A stretch of 62,669 nucleotides of DNA, counting the filler, from Bonamia ostreae (lineage: Eukaryota): assembly GCA_040357525.1 (NCBI GenBank). It is 41 parts of 41 records of this genome, joined end to end, with 100 filler letters (N's around TTAATTAATTAA, not from the genome) between each part and the next. Parts side by side here need not be neighbours in the genome. Positions count along the whole stretch, not along the records: positions 10,771 to 12,207 come from JBDODL010001814.1; positions 12,308 to 13,743 come from JBDODL010001815.1; positions 13,844 to 15,278 come from JBDODL010001816.1; positions 15,379 to 16,813 come from JBDODL010001817.1; positions 16,914 to 18,348 come from JBDODL010001818.1; positions 18,449 to 19,883 come from JBDODL010001819.1; positions 19,984 to 21,418 come from JBDODL010001820.1; positions 21,519 to 22,952 come from JBDODL010001821.1; 33 more parts are not named here. One strand, written 5' to 3'. The notes beneath the pieces were generated by a model. That model was not told where the DNA came from. It saw only the letters and a program-made list of their open reading frames with translations, and searched no databases. Position numbers and translations under genes: made by a program. Of the stretch, positions 11,094-23,224 are shown piece by piece. The first letter of the stretch is position 1. Every line of letters begins with the position of its first letter.

Positions 11094-12746
11094 GTAAGAA
11101 GAAATCACACTCAATGTCCTTCAAATATACGAGTGCATTAATAAGATATAGAAAATAAAGGTTCTCCGTGTGATACATGCCTTACAACAAGTTATGAAAT
11201 ATTATTTTGAGCTTGAATACTTATCAAATTATGAGAAGTATGGTTTGAGGACTGGCTTTAAGTGGTAATCTATGTAAGAACTATGCAGGACGAAAAATAA
11301 GATGCCCAGCAATACAATTAAAGTATCTTGAAATGATTGATTTTGAAAAAAATCACGCTCTTGATTCATTTCATTAAAATGGCCTTCATTGCTTGTTAAG
11401 ATGTTTAATCATCTGAAATCATATTCAGTCTCAAAAATAAGTTTCCATTATTTTCTTTAAACGAATCACTAAACTAAATAAACATATGTATACATATCTG
11501 GCGAACTGTCAAGAGAGATAAATAGATATTTGAAAGTAATACCATGGACAGTAAAAGAATTACAAAAACCAATCGGAAACGTTCACAAATTAGTTACATA
11601 TTTTTAAACCCATGCACGACCTGGAATACTGACATTTTATTATTATGTCCCTATGCTAACTCTTTGATGTTGAAGATAAAATTGTTAGCGAGACCATGTC
11701 AGACGAAGAGAAAGGTTGAAGTAAGATAATTCAGTTTTGCAGTATTTGTTTTGTGCGCATATGTATTTGGTTTAGTTCGTATGTGTTTTATTGTAGTATG
11801 ATTACAAAGGGATTGGACACAAGTTCTACAACCTCATACCTCTCTCTCTCTCCCTATATACTAATGCCATAAATACAAAGCATTTCATAATATGCTTGAT
11901 TATTAATTAATTTAAGGAATACGAGTATACTATGAGATAATCAGTAATAGACATGACATCTAACAACGTTCGAAATATATGTAATAGGCTGATATACAAT
12001 TTTAAATTAATAAATAAATCGATTACGTTACTTAATAAATGCATGAATAACACTGAGAAGATATTCATTTTCCTTATTGCAGAGAGGCGCAATATCCAAC
12101 AATAGAACATGCGTGTTCACTATTTGAGCTTAAGTTTGTCAACACTAAATATGTTGTTAAATAATTCATGTCTGGCATCTTTATATTTATAACAAGGACT
12201 ATAAAAANNNNNNNNNNNNNNNNNNNNNNNNNNNNNNNNNNNNNNNNNNNNTTAATTAATTAANNNNNNNNNNNNNNNNNNNNNNNNNNNNNNNNNNNNN
12301 NNNNNNNGTTTTCTTGTTAGAAAATTGGTCGTAAGACCTTATTTTGCATCGACCGATTCGACGTTTTCTGTTTTTGCTATATCTTTTTTTAGATTTCGCC
12401 ATTTTGTTTTGGCTAAATCTTTTTCCAGTATACAAATATATCGACTTTCTGTAGAATCAAAATTAGACATGTCGCTTAGGACGACATGTTTTTGAAATTA
12501 GATCGATATTCAAAATTTTTAAAAATTTTCTTCACTTTATTCAAAAACTATTTTTCATTATTTCTGAAAAGAATTCAAAAAATGAGCAAAAACAAAATTT
12601 AGTTGTTTCAGAAAGAAAATTATATCTTCAAATTTGATATTTTTTGTTACAATTGAAATTCCAAAATTTCTTTTATCAAACGACGACATTTTATTATAAC
12701 ATTTTAATCCCGAAAATTTATTTTGAGACGAATAAAAGCAAAATTT

Positions 12747-13106
12747 TTACTCATTTTTATTTTCAGAAAGATCATTTTTCATAGCTTGGACAACTCTTTG
12801 CAGTTTTGCATATTCTGCTCTTGCTTTCTCGATTTTGTCGTCGAGCAATTTCGTGTTGGCTTCAGCCGATTTGATGATTTTCGTCGCGTTCGCGGAATGG
12901 CTTTTTCTGTTTTTGTTTTTGACGTGATTCAGGAACAGATAGAGCGACAAGAAGATTAACGCGCCATAAACATATTTTCGGTTCGGATTTACCGAGCTTT
13001 TATCGATTTTTGGAAAAATTGGGCTATCGCCAGAAACTTTAGTTTTTTGGCAATATCTCCTTAATCTGAGCAACGACTTTTTGACTAATTTTCTTGAACG
13101 CAACAT
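12747..13106 (-). CDS. Small hypothetical single-TM coiled-coil protein
   Basis: 119-aa ORF with TM YVYGALIFLSLYLFL and a heptad-like C-terminus; start uncertain. Confidence 0.5.
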   Translation of the reverse strand: MLRSRKLVKKSLLRLRRYCQKTKVSGDSPIFPKIDKSSVNPNRKYVYGALIFLSLYLFLNHVKNKNRKSHSANATKIIKSAEANTKLLDDKIEKARAEYAKLQRVVQAMKNDLSENKNE

Positions 13107-13187
13107 TCCAAAACTATTTTATATGTTAAATCGCTAAAGTCGACGTATTTAGCGAAAATTTAGTCGCAAACTGACTTTAGTCCAAAA

Positions 13188-13743
13188 ATGACTTTAGTTC
13201 TCTCGGACATCAGAAAATTAAATTTGAACGACCGATCTCGAATTTCGGATTTTTGTAGTAGCTCAGATGGCGATTTTTACGATTTGTTGGGAATACCCGA
13301 CAAAAGACGGATTGCGACGGAAAGAGAAATCCAGATCGCTTGTTTTCCATTTTCTATTTCAGACAGGAAAAAGTCGCTGCGTTTTCATCCGGACAAAGCC
13401 AAACAGTGCTCCGACAGCGAAAAAGCAAAAATCCATTCTTTGTACGTAGAAATACAGACCGCGTTCGAAACTTTGATCGACTCAACGAAAAGAAGAATTT
13501 ACGATTCGAAGCTCAGTTTCGACGATAGTTTGCCCGAGACTTCTTTGGTCCCGAAAGAAAACTTTTTCCCCACATTTTATCCCGTTTTCGAACGAAACTC
13601 CGTGTAAGCTAAAAATTAAACAAAAGTTTTTCTGTGATAAAACCTGTTCCGTTATTGGGAGACGAAAACACACACATCGATCAAGTTTTCAGGTTTTGCG
13701 AACATTCAATATTTTATCGGACTTGTCTAATGTCAGATTTTAC
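13188..13743 (+). CDS. DNAJC2: Zuotin/DNAJC2 J-domain co-chaperone (3' partial)
   Basis: DFYDLLGI...FHPDK J-domain followed by the zuotin-specific FDDSLP...FFPTFYPVFERNS...PVPLLGDEN; introns 13342-13362, 13604-13626, 13693-13736. Confidence 0.9.
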
Positions 13744-13843
13744 NNNNNNNNNNNNNNNNNNNNNNNNNNNNNNNNNNNNNNNNNNNNTTAATTAATTAAN
13801 NNNNNNNNNNNNNNNNNNNNNNNNNNNNNNNNNNNNNNNNNNN

Positions 13844-15278
13844 TGAAAGACCTATTTGATGGCTTAGAGAAAGCTTGGAATTTCTTCGAAGACCCTTTAA
13901 CTTCATTTAACCATATAGAAATCGAAGTTTTACGGTAATTGTTTAAGACACAAGTACACGTAATTTCAAAACATCAGTATGCAATCAAGCATGTTGGTTA
14001 TTCTCTAGTTTTAAACGAATGATACATGTATGTTTCAGATTACGTGAATCAGTTATTGGGCTTATTGATGTAAAGAGAAAAATTGAGCAAAGTATGCACG
14101 ATACCACAGGCAAGTGCCTAGTCTCACATACATTGAACATGGAATATTCATACGTTAAGTACCCTTTTCATCAATACTGATTACTGAACGAACATGACTT
14201 TTTCTAATGATGGCATCATGTTTTAATTTTGAGTAGGAAGACATTCATATTGGTTGTTGGATGAAAACTATTTCGACACTCTCTTGGAACTTCTCCACTC
14301 AAGACACCGTGATCCTGGGAATTTGAGTGTACCTATGAATACTGCTGATAGGGTAAAGTGCTTAAAACATACCTGCTAAACAAACTTACATCAAAGATAA
14401 AATATTCAAAAGGAAATCAGGGATTATCAGAATCAAAATGCAGCCCCAAAGTACAGTGTTTTACATCACTTTTATTTTCTTGTAATTTAGCAATGTTAAT
14501 GTACCGTGCGACTGGATGACAGAATATGCATGTCTAACCTGTCAATCGTTGTAAATGTTGTAATAGATAAATGTTATCGAGGATATTTAGATCATTATCC
14601 AAATTGATATATACCAAATCCACGACAATTTAAAAGATGTTTCAAACTCTGTACATTAACCTTAACATACTTCTTCAATTGTGCAAGTATTCGTAAAAAC
14701 TTAGCAAATTGCAAATGACTGTAAAGCTCTTCATAAAGGATATGTACCAGAATTTAATGAAAATTACCTTCTGCTGATATCAATTTTCTCTTTCATTTAG
14801 CACAATTTATCTGAGCGGATTTCCGGTGCAGTGCATAGAACATATGTGTGGCTACAGAATTTCAAACCCAAAGTTTCAGACTTTAAGTCTTGTATTACTG
14901 GACTATTTACGTTGATTAAAGACGCAAAAACTCATTATATTACTTTATCGAATGCGTAAGTACCTTACACGTGTTTCCCATTTTCCGAATATCCTTTTTT
15001 AGTTCCATAACTCTAAATAAATTTAATTTCATATTCTAGTATCCAGAAAGGTAGATTTGAAACACAATCTATTTTTGGAACTAAATTCGCTGCTGAATTT
15101 CCCCGGAAGAAAGCATCATGTGAAAATGATTGTGGGTGTGGTGTTTACGATGAAAATAATGGACATCGGGGAATTGATCTGATTTTAGATTCTCTAGACA
15201 CAGTAGGTGGACATAAATGCAATTGTTCATTATACATATAGATCCTTAAAACAATTTTGCATTGCTTTAGGTGCATTT
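13844..15278 (+). CDS. Metazoan multi-exon gene fragment ending in a LECT2/M23-peptidase-like motif
   Basis: Five exons splice in frame with conventional polypyrimidine-YAG acceptors and gta-type donors (one gcaagt); the last full exon encodes CENDCGCGVYDENNGHRGIDL. Confidence 0.6.
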
Positions 15279-15378
15279 NNNNNNNNNNNNNNNNNNNNNN
15301 NNNNNNNNNNNNNNNNNNNNNNTTAATTAATTAANNNNNNNNNNNNNNNNNNNNNNNNNNNNNNNNNNNNNNNNNNNN

Positions 15379-15566
15379 TCGCGAATAACGAGTAACTCTT
15401 TACCGTTGGACAGGTAGTACAGAGTGTCATCCTCACCTAACTTAAACTTTTTGACGCGCTTACGAAGCACGTCTTTTTGGTTTTTGGTGAAGGACGGAGG
15501 AAACCGTTTAAATTTCAAGACATCTAACACATCGCCAAATGAGTACTCGTCGGAGTTAAGAGCCAT
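15379..15566 (-). mobile_element. N-terminus of a Gin/Ginger (gypsy-integrase-like) transposase, partial
   Basis: MALNSDEY...FPPSFTKNQKDVLRKRVKKFKLGEDDTLYY...LLVIR resembles the segment preceding the H2C2 zinc finger of such integrases; the catalytic part lies outside the contig. Confidence 0.55.
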
Positions 15567-16213
15567 ATTGTCTGCTGCGAAAAATGAATTAATCTTATAT
15601 CTTAAAAAACCAAAGGGGGAATCTAAACCTACTTTTAAAAAATGTTTCACTACTCTGAATACAAAAAATGCAAATTTGAAAGACAAAAAGTGAACAACTT
15701 TACAACGAATCACGAATTCTGTTTTCTCTCGCGCTTTCAGCCTCTGAATACTGTAGATTTGGAAGTCGCGGTCTTATGTATGCGTACCCACGCAGGCGCA
15801 GTCAGGTTTATAAAAACCGGACGAATCGGTTTTTGATTCGTCAAGTGAAGTCAAACCCTGCCCATCTGTTTTCAAATTGAACTAATTTGCATGAATGTTC
15901 GAAAAATATAATACAAAAATAAAAATGTACAAACGAACGATTAACAAATTTCGACTATGTTTTTTCATTACAAAATATTATTTGAAAAAATATAAATCTC
16001 CGAGACTACTTCCAATAAAAGAAATTTCTTGTTCGTGTTCTATAAAAATAAAAATTATGTCTTTAATTCATTTCGAAATAGACAGAACGAAGTTTGTAAG
16101 TTTCTAAATGATCAAAAATTTTGGATATACATTTTCTTAAACTGTACAAAATGGACAGATAATTATGTTTTCAAATATTTAACAAAATCAACATTATTTT
16201 TATCTTCTTAGAA

Positions 16214-16345
16214 ACTGTGACTTTTTGGGCTGTGACATTTTGTCCCACTGTTATAAAATTTCTTACTGTGACTTTGTTCATTGTTATGTTGTCCGCGACA
16301 TTTTCTCTGTTACTTTTTGTCCTTTGATTTTCTGTCCTACATTCA
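16214..16345. repeat. Degenerate short-period repeat (gtgacattttgtcc-like), host-type interspersed element
   Basis: Several gtgac/gttac + tttt + gtcc variants in tandem. Confidence 0.5.
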
Positions 16346-16913
16346 TCTTTAATTTTTACATCCCAGTTATATTGCACATTTCGTTTGAAGATAAAAAATA
16401 CAAGAGAAGATAAAAAAAAAATAAACATGTCCTGATATATTGGTAAGTAACCAAACACAAGAAATAAAATCAGTCTTATCTTGCTTTTGACTTACAGATA
16501 ATGTAACAGTCTCATTCAATGATATTTATTGCATTCAATGTACTGAATATCTTATGTGTGAGTTGCTATTTAGGATGATTTCATTCCTTTATATAGTAAG
16601 TAATTGTTTACATTTATAATATCACAACTAGTAAACAGCTAACAAATGGTCATGAGATATTGGCATCCTGGCTCTAAGACATGCGAGACATTACAAAATA
16701 CTCTTCACAATTTGAATTGGCCCTGCTTATTTTATCATTACAATGCAATCTAAAACCGACTAGTACTACAATATATTTGGTAAGATATTTGTGTGTTTCC
16801 TGCATCGGCACATNNNNNNNNNNNNNNNNNNNNNNNNNNNNNNNNNNNNNNNNNNNNTTAATTAATTAANNNNNNNNNNNNNNNNNNNNNNNNNNNNNNN
16901 NNNNNNNNNNNNN

Positions 16914-17027
16914 AACATTTTTAAATTTACAAAAAATCGCAATTGTTTTAAACAAACATTTTTAAATTTACAAAAAATCGCAATTGTTTTAAACAAACAT
17001 TTTTAAATTACAAAAAATCGCAATTGT
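16914..17027. repeat. AT-rich tandem repeat, ~41 bp unit
   Basis: Three copies of aacatttttaaatt(t)acaaaaaatcgcaattg at the contig start. Confidence 0.85.
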
Positions 17028-17130
17028 CGTAAAAGTTTTGTTCTTATCAAATTTGAAGTTTTTGTTAAAATGTTGTAAAAGTTTTGTTCCTTTGAAATTT
17101 CAAAATTTTGTAAAAATATTTTGAACAAAA

Positions 17131-18089
17131 GAAGCTGTCTATAAATCGCCAAACATAAAATTGAATCCAATGACGATATCTTTAGCAAGTCAGTTAAGGA
17201 AAAACAACAATTTCGACATGATGCTGTCTATAAAAGCTGTTGGCGAAGCTTGCATAGAAAAGGAAAAAAGGTTTCGGTTTTCATCGTCGCTATCGAACAC
17301 ACAAAAAGGTTTTTACCATTTTTAAAATCTTTTAAAAAAAGCAATATCAAAAGAGAAATCATTTAAAAGCGCTGGAACGCTTCCATCGCATTCAGATCTT
17401 AATACTCCCAAATTTACAATCAGAAACGATTATGGCGATCCTCCCCCTTTGCCACAACAAACTTCTGCTCTGCAGAACCCGAAACCACCGTCTTTTACTT
17501 CTAATCCTCCAACACCACCAAAACCGTCACCTCCACCAAAACCATCACCTCCACCAAAACCTTTCCTCCAAAATCAAACTGTTCCACCAAAACCGCCCTC
17601 TCGCGCGAGAATGCCGCCACCCCCAAAACGGATACAGTCCTCTCAAAACAGGCATTCGTTGCAACCGCCTTCTTTCTCAAAAGAACCGACGCCATCTAAC
17701 GATTCTTTGCTACCCCCTCCTTTCATGAACGCGCCGAAGCCTCCTCATAATGATTCGCTCGTCCCTCCGCCAATCGAAAATCTAGTTAAACCGCCATCGA
17801 CGAGAAATCTGACTTCTGCTACAAATCCACCTCCGCCCAATTCAAACCATTCGGAAAAAGGAGGTCGTGCGGATTTGCTGATGCAGATTCAGATGGGCAA
17901 ACAACTGAAGAAGACGGAAGTCAAAGATCGCAGTATTCCAGGGCCACCTCCCGAAGACGCGTCGATGGCTAACGCTTTGCGATTAAAACTGGTTCAAAAA
18001 AGCAAAATTTTATAAATTTTAAGGAAGATCAGCGAAAATATTTGGCGGAGCTCAACGAATCGAGCAGTGAAGATTCGATTTGGGAATGA
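17131..18089 (+). CDS. Proline-rich WH2/VCA actin nucleation-promoting factor (WASP/WAVE/WIP-like), 5' partial
   Basis: Poly-Pro region, WH2 GGRADLLMQIQMGKQLKKT, central helix MANALRLKL, and (after intron 17992-18023) acidic tail NESSSEDSIWE*; intron 17309-17341. Confidence 0.85.
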
Positions 18090-18452
18090 TTAAATATGAA
18101 AAAATTTATTCGCAATCGATGAAACTCAAAAACGGCGTCGATTTTGTTATTTCGATTCGCATTTTAGCGCCGCTGTCTGTTTTGCTGATCGCGAAGATCG
18201 CAGAACGCACTTGAATCGAGCGACTTATTTTTTGTATAAAAACTCGTTCCGACATTTAATAACAAAAACGTCGTTTTCGTCGTTGTATCTAGAAACCTTA
18301 ACTTTCGCTTCGTTGTAACAGAGCTTTAAAATTTTTTTGTTGTGTTAANNNNNNNNNNNNNNNNNNNNNNNNNNNNNNNNNNNNNNNNNNNNTTAATTAA
18401 TTAANNNNNNNNNNNNNNNNNNNNNNNNNNNNNNNNNNNNNNNNNNNNAAAT

Positions 18453-18926
18453 TTATTTGCGCTTAAGCGACTTATTGGCACTCAATTTTTTGTTAAAAGA
18501 GTCAAAATCGCTCGGAACAAATTCCTTCGAATAATGTTTTTTTCTTTTGCTCTCAAAATCGCTCTCTTCGTCATCGGTACTGAAAACACTATTTGAATCG
18601 CCGGAAGAATCAAAACTGTTCGTTCGAAAGGGGGTCAAAGGTTCTGTTATCTTCATTCTTGGCACTCTTTCCGCTTCGTTTTTTCTCAAATTTTTTTCGT
18701 CCCAGTTGAGCTGCTTTGAAATTTTTTTCGTTTTTTCGTTTTGGGAATTTTTAGTACGTTTTTTTATAGACAAGTCTTTGTTGTGTTTTGAATTTTCTAA
18801 TGCGATATCGAGCGATTGTTCTATACTCAAATTGGGCGATTTTTGTTGCAAATTTGTGGATTTGTTTATATTTTCTTCAGTTCCGCTTTTAGAATTTTTG
18901 AGAATCCCTTTAATGTTTAAGCTCAT
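18453..18926 (-). CDS. PPP1R2: Protein phosphatase 1 inhibitor-2
   Basis: KGILKN (SILK motif), LNWDEKNL, MKITEPLTPF, FESKRKKHY. Confidence 0.92.
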   Translation of the reverse strand: MSLNIKGILKNSKSGTEENINKSTNLQQKSPNLSIEQSLDIALENSKHNKDLSIKKRTKNSQNEKTKKISKQLNWDEKNLRKNEAERVPRMKITEPLTPFRTNSFDSSGDSNSVFSTDDEESDFESKRKKHYSKEFVPSDFDSFNKKLSANKSLKRK

Positions 18927-19124
18927 TGCTATTATTATTATATAAGATTTTGATAATAAGTGAGCTTCTATCAAAAATCCGAACTTTTTAAAAGTTTCTA
19001 TTCGTTTTTAAATCGAAATTAAAAAATCCATTTACAAATCTTAGCACAAAATTTTTTAAATTTTTTAAAGCTCAAAGCTAAATATGATATTATACGACCT
19101 CTGTAAATAATTTTTATTTTAGCA

Positions 19125-19609
19125 ATGGCAAGCAAATTGATCATTGAAACAGCAATAATAAAAACGCTGCAGAAAAGTGAATCTGTCGATTCGCTAAAAT
19201 TCTCAAAAGAAAACAATTTTGATCACAACGTTTTTATTTTTCAAAAAATTTTATAATAAACAACAAAAACGCAAATTTTAAAATAAATAATTTAAAATAT
19301 AAAAAGAACGTTGTGAGCACAATAAAAAGTATGGAAGCTAAAGACACGATAAAACTGGAACTAATTAAACTAGAAAAAACAATTTTAACCGATATGGCCA
19401 ATTATATTCTAGAAAATGGCTCTCCAGAATTTCTAGTTTTCCATTTAATTCCCGAAAATGGCATTTTAAAAGAGGAACTGACAAATTTAATAATTAGCGA
19501 AAAATCAAAAAATTCAAATGAAATGGTCAAAAACGGTCTTTCAAATTGTCTAAAATTGAAAAAAATTAGCATTTCTAAAACCGAAAATGGGCTTTACGTT
19601 ACTAAAAAC
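19125..19609 (+). CDS. FARSA: Phenylalanyl-tRNA synthetase alpha subunit, N-terminal part
   Basis: DSLKFSKENNFDHN/NVVSTIKSMEA...LTDMANYILENGSPEFLVFHLIPENG matches the eukaryotic PheRS-alpha N-terminal domains; intron 19230-19306. Confidence 0.8.
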
Positions 19610-19983
19610 GTCTTTTTTTTTGATTAATTTTTAAAATTTTGCAATTTTTTTAACAAAATGGTTTTTTAGTTTAAAAAATTTAGCAAAAAAATAATTTTTG
19701 CAGACGTCATTTTTTTGTTAAACAAAATTTCAGGTCCCATTTTTTCATTAATTTGAAAAAATTTTTAAATTCCAAAATAAAAAATCAAATTGGAATTAAT
19801 TTAAAACGAATTTAAAAAACAAACAATAAAAATTCAAAACGACAAAAGTAAAAAATTGCAAAAACAACAAAAATTAAAAATGCNNNNNNNNNNNNNNNNN
19901 NNNNNNNNNNNNNNNNNNNNNNNNNNNTTAATTAATTAANNNNNNNNNNNNNNNNNNNNNNNNNNNNNNNNNNNNNNNNNNNN

Positions 19984-21418
19984 AAAATGATATCGATATT
20001 GATAACAAAAAAGACAACAAAAATAATATTATTGAAGAAAATGAAAAAGACAACAAAAATGATATCGACAATGGAATTGAAAAAGATATCGAAAAGGAAA
20101 TGATAAAAGAAATGCAAAAGGATTTAGATAATAAGATAAATCTTCTCACAATAAACAACAAAATTCCAAAAAATCCGTCTTCTCTCATTTCAAATATTTT
20201 GTTTTACATTAATATCTCAGAAAAATACGGTAACAAAATAAATGTTAAAACGAAAAAAATTATTAAAATTTTTCGTACCTTCTTCAATGCTGAAAATGAG
20301 ACAGAACTTGAAAATTTGGAAATTTTATTAATTGAAATCATGTTTAAAAGATTAGAAGCAAATAATTTTATTTCGATTAACGCACCAAAAATAGTTTTAG
20401 AAGAAATCAAATGCAACGAAGAAAAATCTATTCGATTTCGATTTTTCGTTTCGTTTCTCAGTTTTTTGTATAAGCAATATAGAAAAAGAGGAATTTTTAT
20501 ATCTTTGAATGTTTTTAGTTGCAACAATGAGACATATACATTTTTTTGTGCTGATATCAACTTTTTTGACTATCTTATACAAAACATTGCAAAAATGGAT
20601 ATTAAAAATTCAAAATATTTGTAATAATGAGACATGTAACATAATATTTTTCAAAAAAGTGTTCCGATATAAAAAACTTGACGATTGGTGCGAGTATACA
20701 CATCGAAGATCCAATAATTCAGAAAAAATTATTATCAATTTTGAGAATGAAATTTGAACACAGTCATTTTTACAGCAAAAAGGAATTTAGATATGTACAA
20801 AATTATGTTTTTAATGTAACAATAATTGTAAAACATTTTTGCAAAATTTATTGCAGCAACAACATTTGTTATTAAAAAAGTTGACACGAATATTAAAAAA
20901 CAAAAAAATTGATGCCAATTTGAATATAAAAGTACTTGAACAAATAGAAGTTTACATTAAAAATGGATTTTGGAAATTTGAAGATGTTTTCTTACTAAAG
21001 AAAATCGGCTTCTTTTTAAAATCAAGTTTTAGACGATATTTTTTTGTTTGTCTGAATCTTGTTACAACCAGTTTAAAAATGGGTACAAGAATTCGTCAAA
21101 AATTTATTGATGAGTTTGTCAAGTTTGCCTATACAGAAATATTTATAATGAAACGGGATCCAGACATAAAAGATCTTGTTGCATTTTACGATCTTGTTGC
21201 TTTTCTGGCTAAAAATGTTTTTTTCTAAAATTTTTTGTTTATATTTTTTTTGATTTTCGAAAAATCAAAATTTTATATTTTTCATTTTTTGTAAACTTTA
21301 TATTTTAAGCGAGCAAACGAAAAATCGTTAAAGAAAGTTTTCTGTAAAGTGTTCAAAATCTTATCAAATGAAGAATTAATAGAAAACGAAGTAGAATTAA
21401 GAATGGGAGAATTCTTAT
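19984..21418 (+). CDS. Hypothetical multi-exon protist protein (partial)
   Basis: Successive same-strand ORFs with protist codon usage; no family recognised. Confidence 0.5.
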
Positions 21419-21522
21419 NNNNNNNNNNNNNNNNNNNNNNNNNNNNNNNNNNNNNNNNNNNNTTAATTAATTAANNNNNNNNNNNNNNNNNNNNNNNNNN
21501 NNNNNNNNNNNNNNNNNNCAAA

Positions 21523-22731
21523 ATGTTCGTCAATATCAATATAAATTTTACAAAACAAAAACTCCTATAAAACAAAAATCCGAAGAGCCATAATCAGGAA
21601 AGAACACCAAACAAAAAACCAAAAATATCGAACTACTACAAACACGCGAAAAAACGATCTTTGCCCGGCGACATCTACGAAACGCCCCCGAAATACGGAA
21701 AAGAAGGAGAAGACGTCGTTTACGACCGATACATCGCCAGCCGGGCCACATCGGCCGTTTGCTCGCCATTCTCCAAACCACTCGCCTTTTCCAAGAACTT
21801 CTCCACCAGCGACTCGCTCTCCGTCTCCTCCGAAAACCCCCTCGACCTCGGCGCTCCCACCCCCAAATCAAACAAACCGCCAAAACCGAACCTCAAAAAC
21901 GTCAAATCCGAAACCGAAAATTCGGACCAAATCCAATCGCGGAAAATCTTTTGTTCCGACCGCGAAAAACAAAGAAAGCTCCGGAAAACGAGAATCCGAC
22001 TGGAAATGCCCGCGGAGCGCCAACTGAGTTTCCACACTCCGAAGAAGAAGCCGCGTTTGCCGCGAGTGGCCGCAAATTTCGAGACGGTCCCGCTGGCCAA
22101 CCCGCGGCTGCGGCGGGCGCTCTTTCCGAGCGCGGGGCGACGCATCGCGCAGCGGCCGCTGCGCACGCTCGACGCGCCGGGGCTGCGCGACAACTTTTAC
22201 CAGTCGCTGTTGGACTGGTCGGCGCGCGGCTGTGTCGCGGTGGCGCTGGGGCGGACGGTGTACTTGTACAACGAGCACTCGCACGAAGTCGCGGCGCTGT
22301 TCTCGCAGGGCGCGGGGGCGCCGGAAGTGACGGCGCTGGCGTGGGACGGGCGCGGGGCGCGTCTGGCGGTGGGGCTGGCGAGCGGGCGCGTGGAGTTATG
22401 GGACGCGGCGGCGAGCAAGTTGGAGCGCGCACTGGAGGGGCACCGGGCGCGGGTGGGGCGGGCGGCGTGGCGGGCGGGGCAGCTGGCGACGGGGAGCAAG
22501 GACAGAGCGGTGGCGGTGCGCGACCCTCGCGCGAAGGGCGGGGGGACGTGGCTGCAGCAGCACAAGCAGGAGGTGTGCGGGCTCCGCTGGGCGCCGTTTT
22601 CGGAGAGGGCGCTGGCGTCGGGGGGCAACGACAACGAGCTGCTGGTGTGGGACGTGGGCGAGAAAGCGGTTTCGCACACGTTTTCGGAGCACAGAGCGGC
22701 GGTGAAGGCGATCGACTGGTCTCCGCACAAA
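21523..22731 (+). CDS. FZR1: APC/C activator Cdh1/Fizzy-related (Cdc20 family), 3' partial
   Basis: C-box-like DRYIASR, RRIAQRPLRTLDAPGLRDNFY..LLDWS, HKQEVCGLRW, LASGGNDN, EHRAAVKAIDWSPH; probable first intron 21529-21585. Confidence 0.9.
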
Positions 22732-22759
22732 GTTTTTTGTCGCGTTAGTTTTTTCATTT

Positions 22760-22952
22760 TTAAAATATAAAATTTTGAAGTAAAAAGGATTTTTAAAATG
22801 ATAAAATTTTGTTGCAAACAGATTTTTAAAATGATAAAATTTTGTTGTAAAAAGATTTTTAAAATATAAAATTTTGTTGTAAAAGGATTTTTGTTGTAAT
22901 GATAAAATTTTGTTGCAAAAAGATTTTTAAAATGATAAAATTTTGTTGTAAA
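22760..22952. repeat. Intronic AT-rich tandem repeat, ~32 bp unit
   Basis: gatttttaaaatgataaaattttgttg repeated after the GT donor at 22732. Confidence 0.85.
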
Positions 22953-23224
22953 NNNNNNNNNNNNNNNNNNNNNNNNNNNNNNNNNNNNNNNNNNNNTTAA
23001 TTAATTAANNNNNNNNNNNNNNNNNNNNNNNNNNNNNNNNNNNNNNNNNNNNCGAAAGCGAAATGGCAACTTTTCGAAAATTTCTTAAAACTTTGTTAAA
23101 ACTTTCTTAAAAATTTCTCAAAAATTGCAAAAATGCTGATAAAACGACTTATCTTCGAAAGATTGACATAAAATAACGCGAGAAGAAAGATTGCCATCAA
23201 AAATTGAAAAGACAAAACGGTTTA

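Noticed and set aside
21548-22817. Multiple long overlapping ORFs on both strands
   Set aside because: Expected from stop-codon scarcity in the very GC-rich Cdh1 exon.
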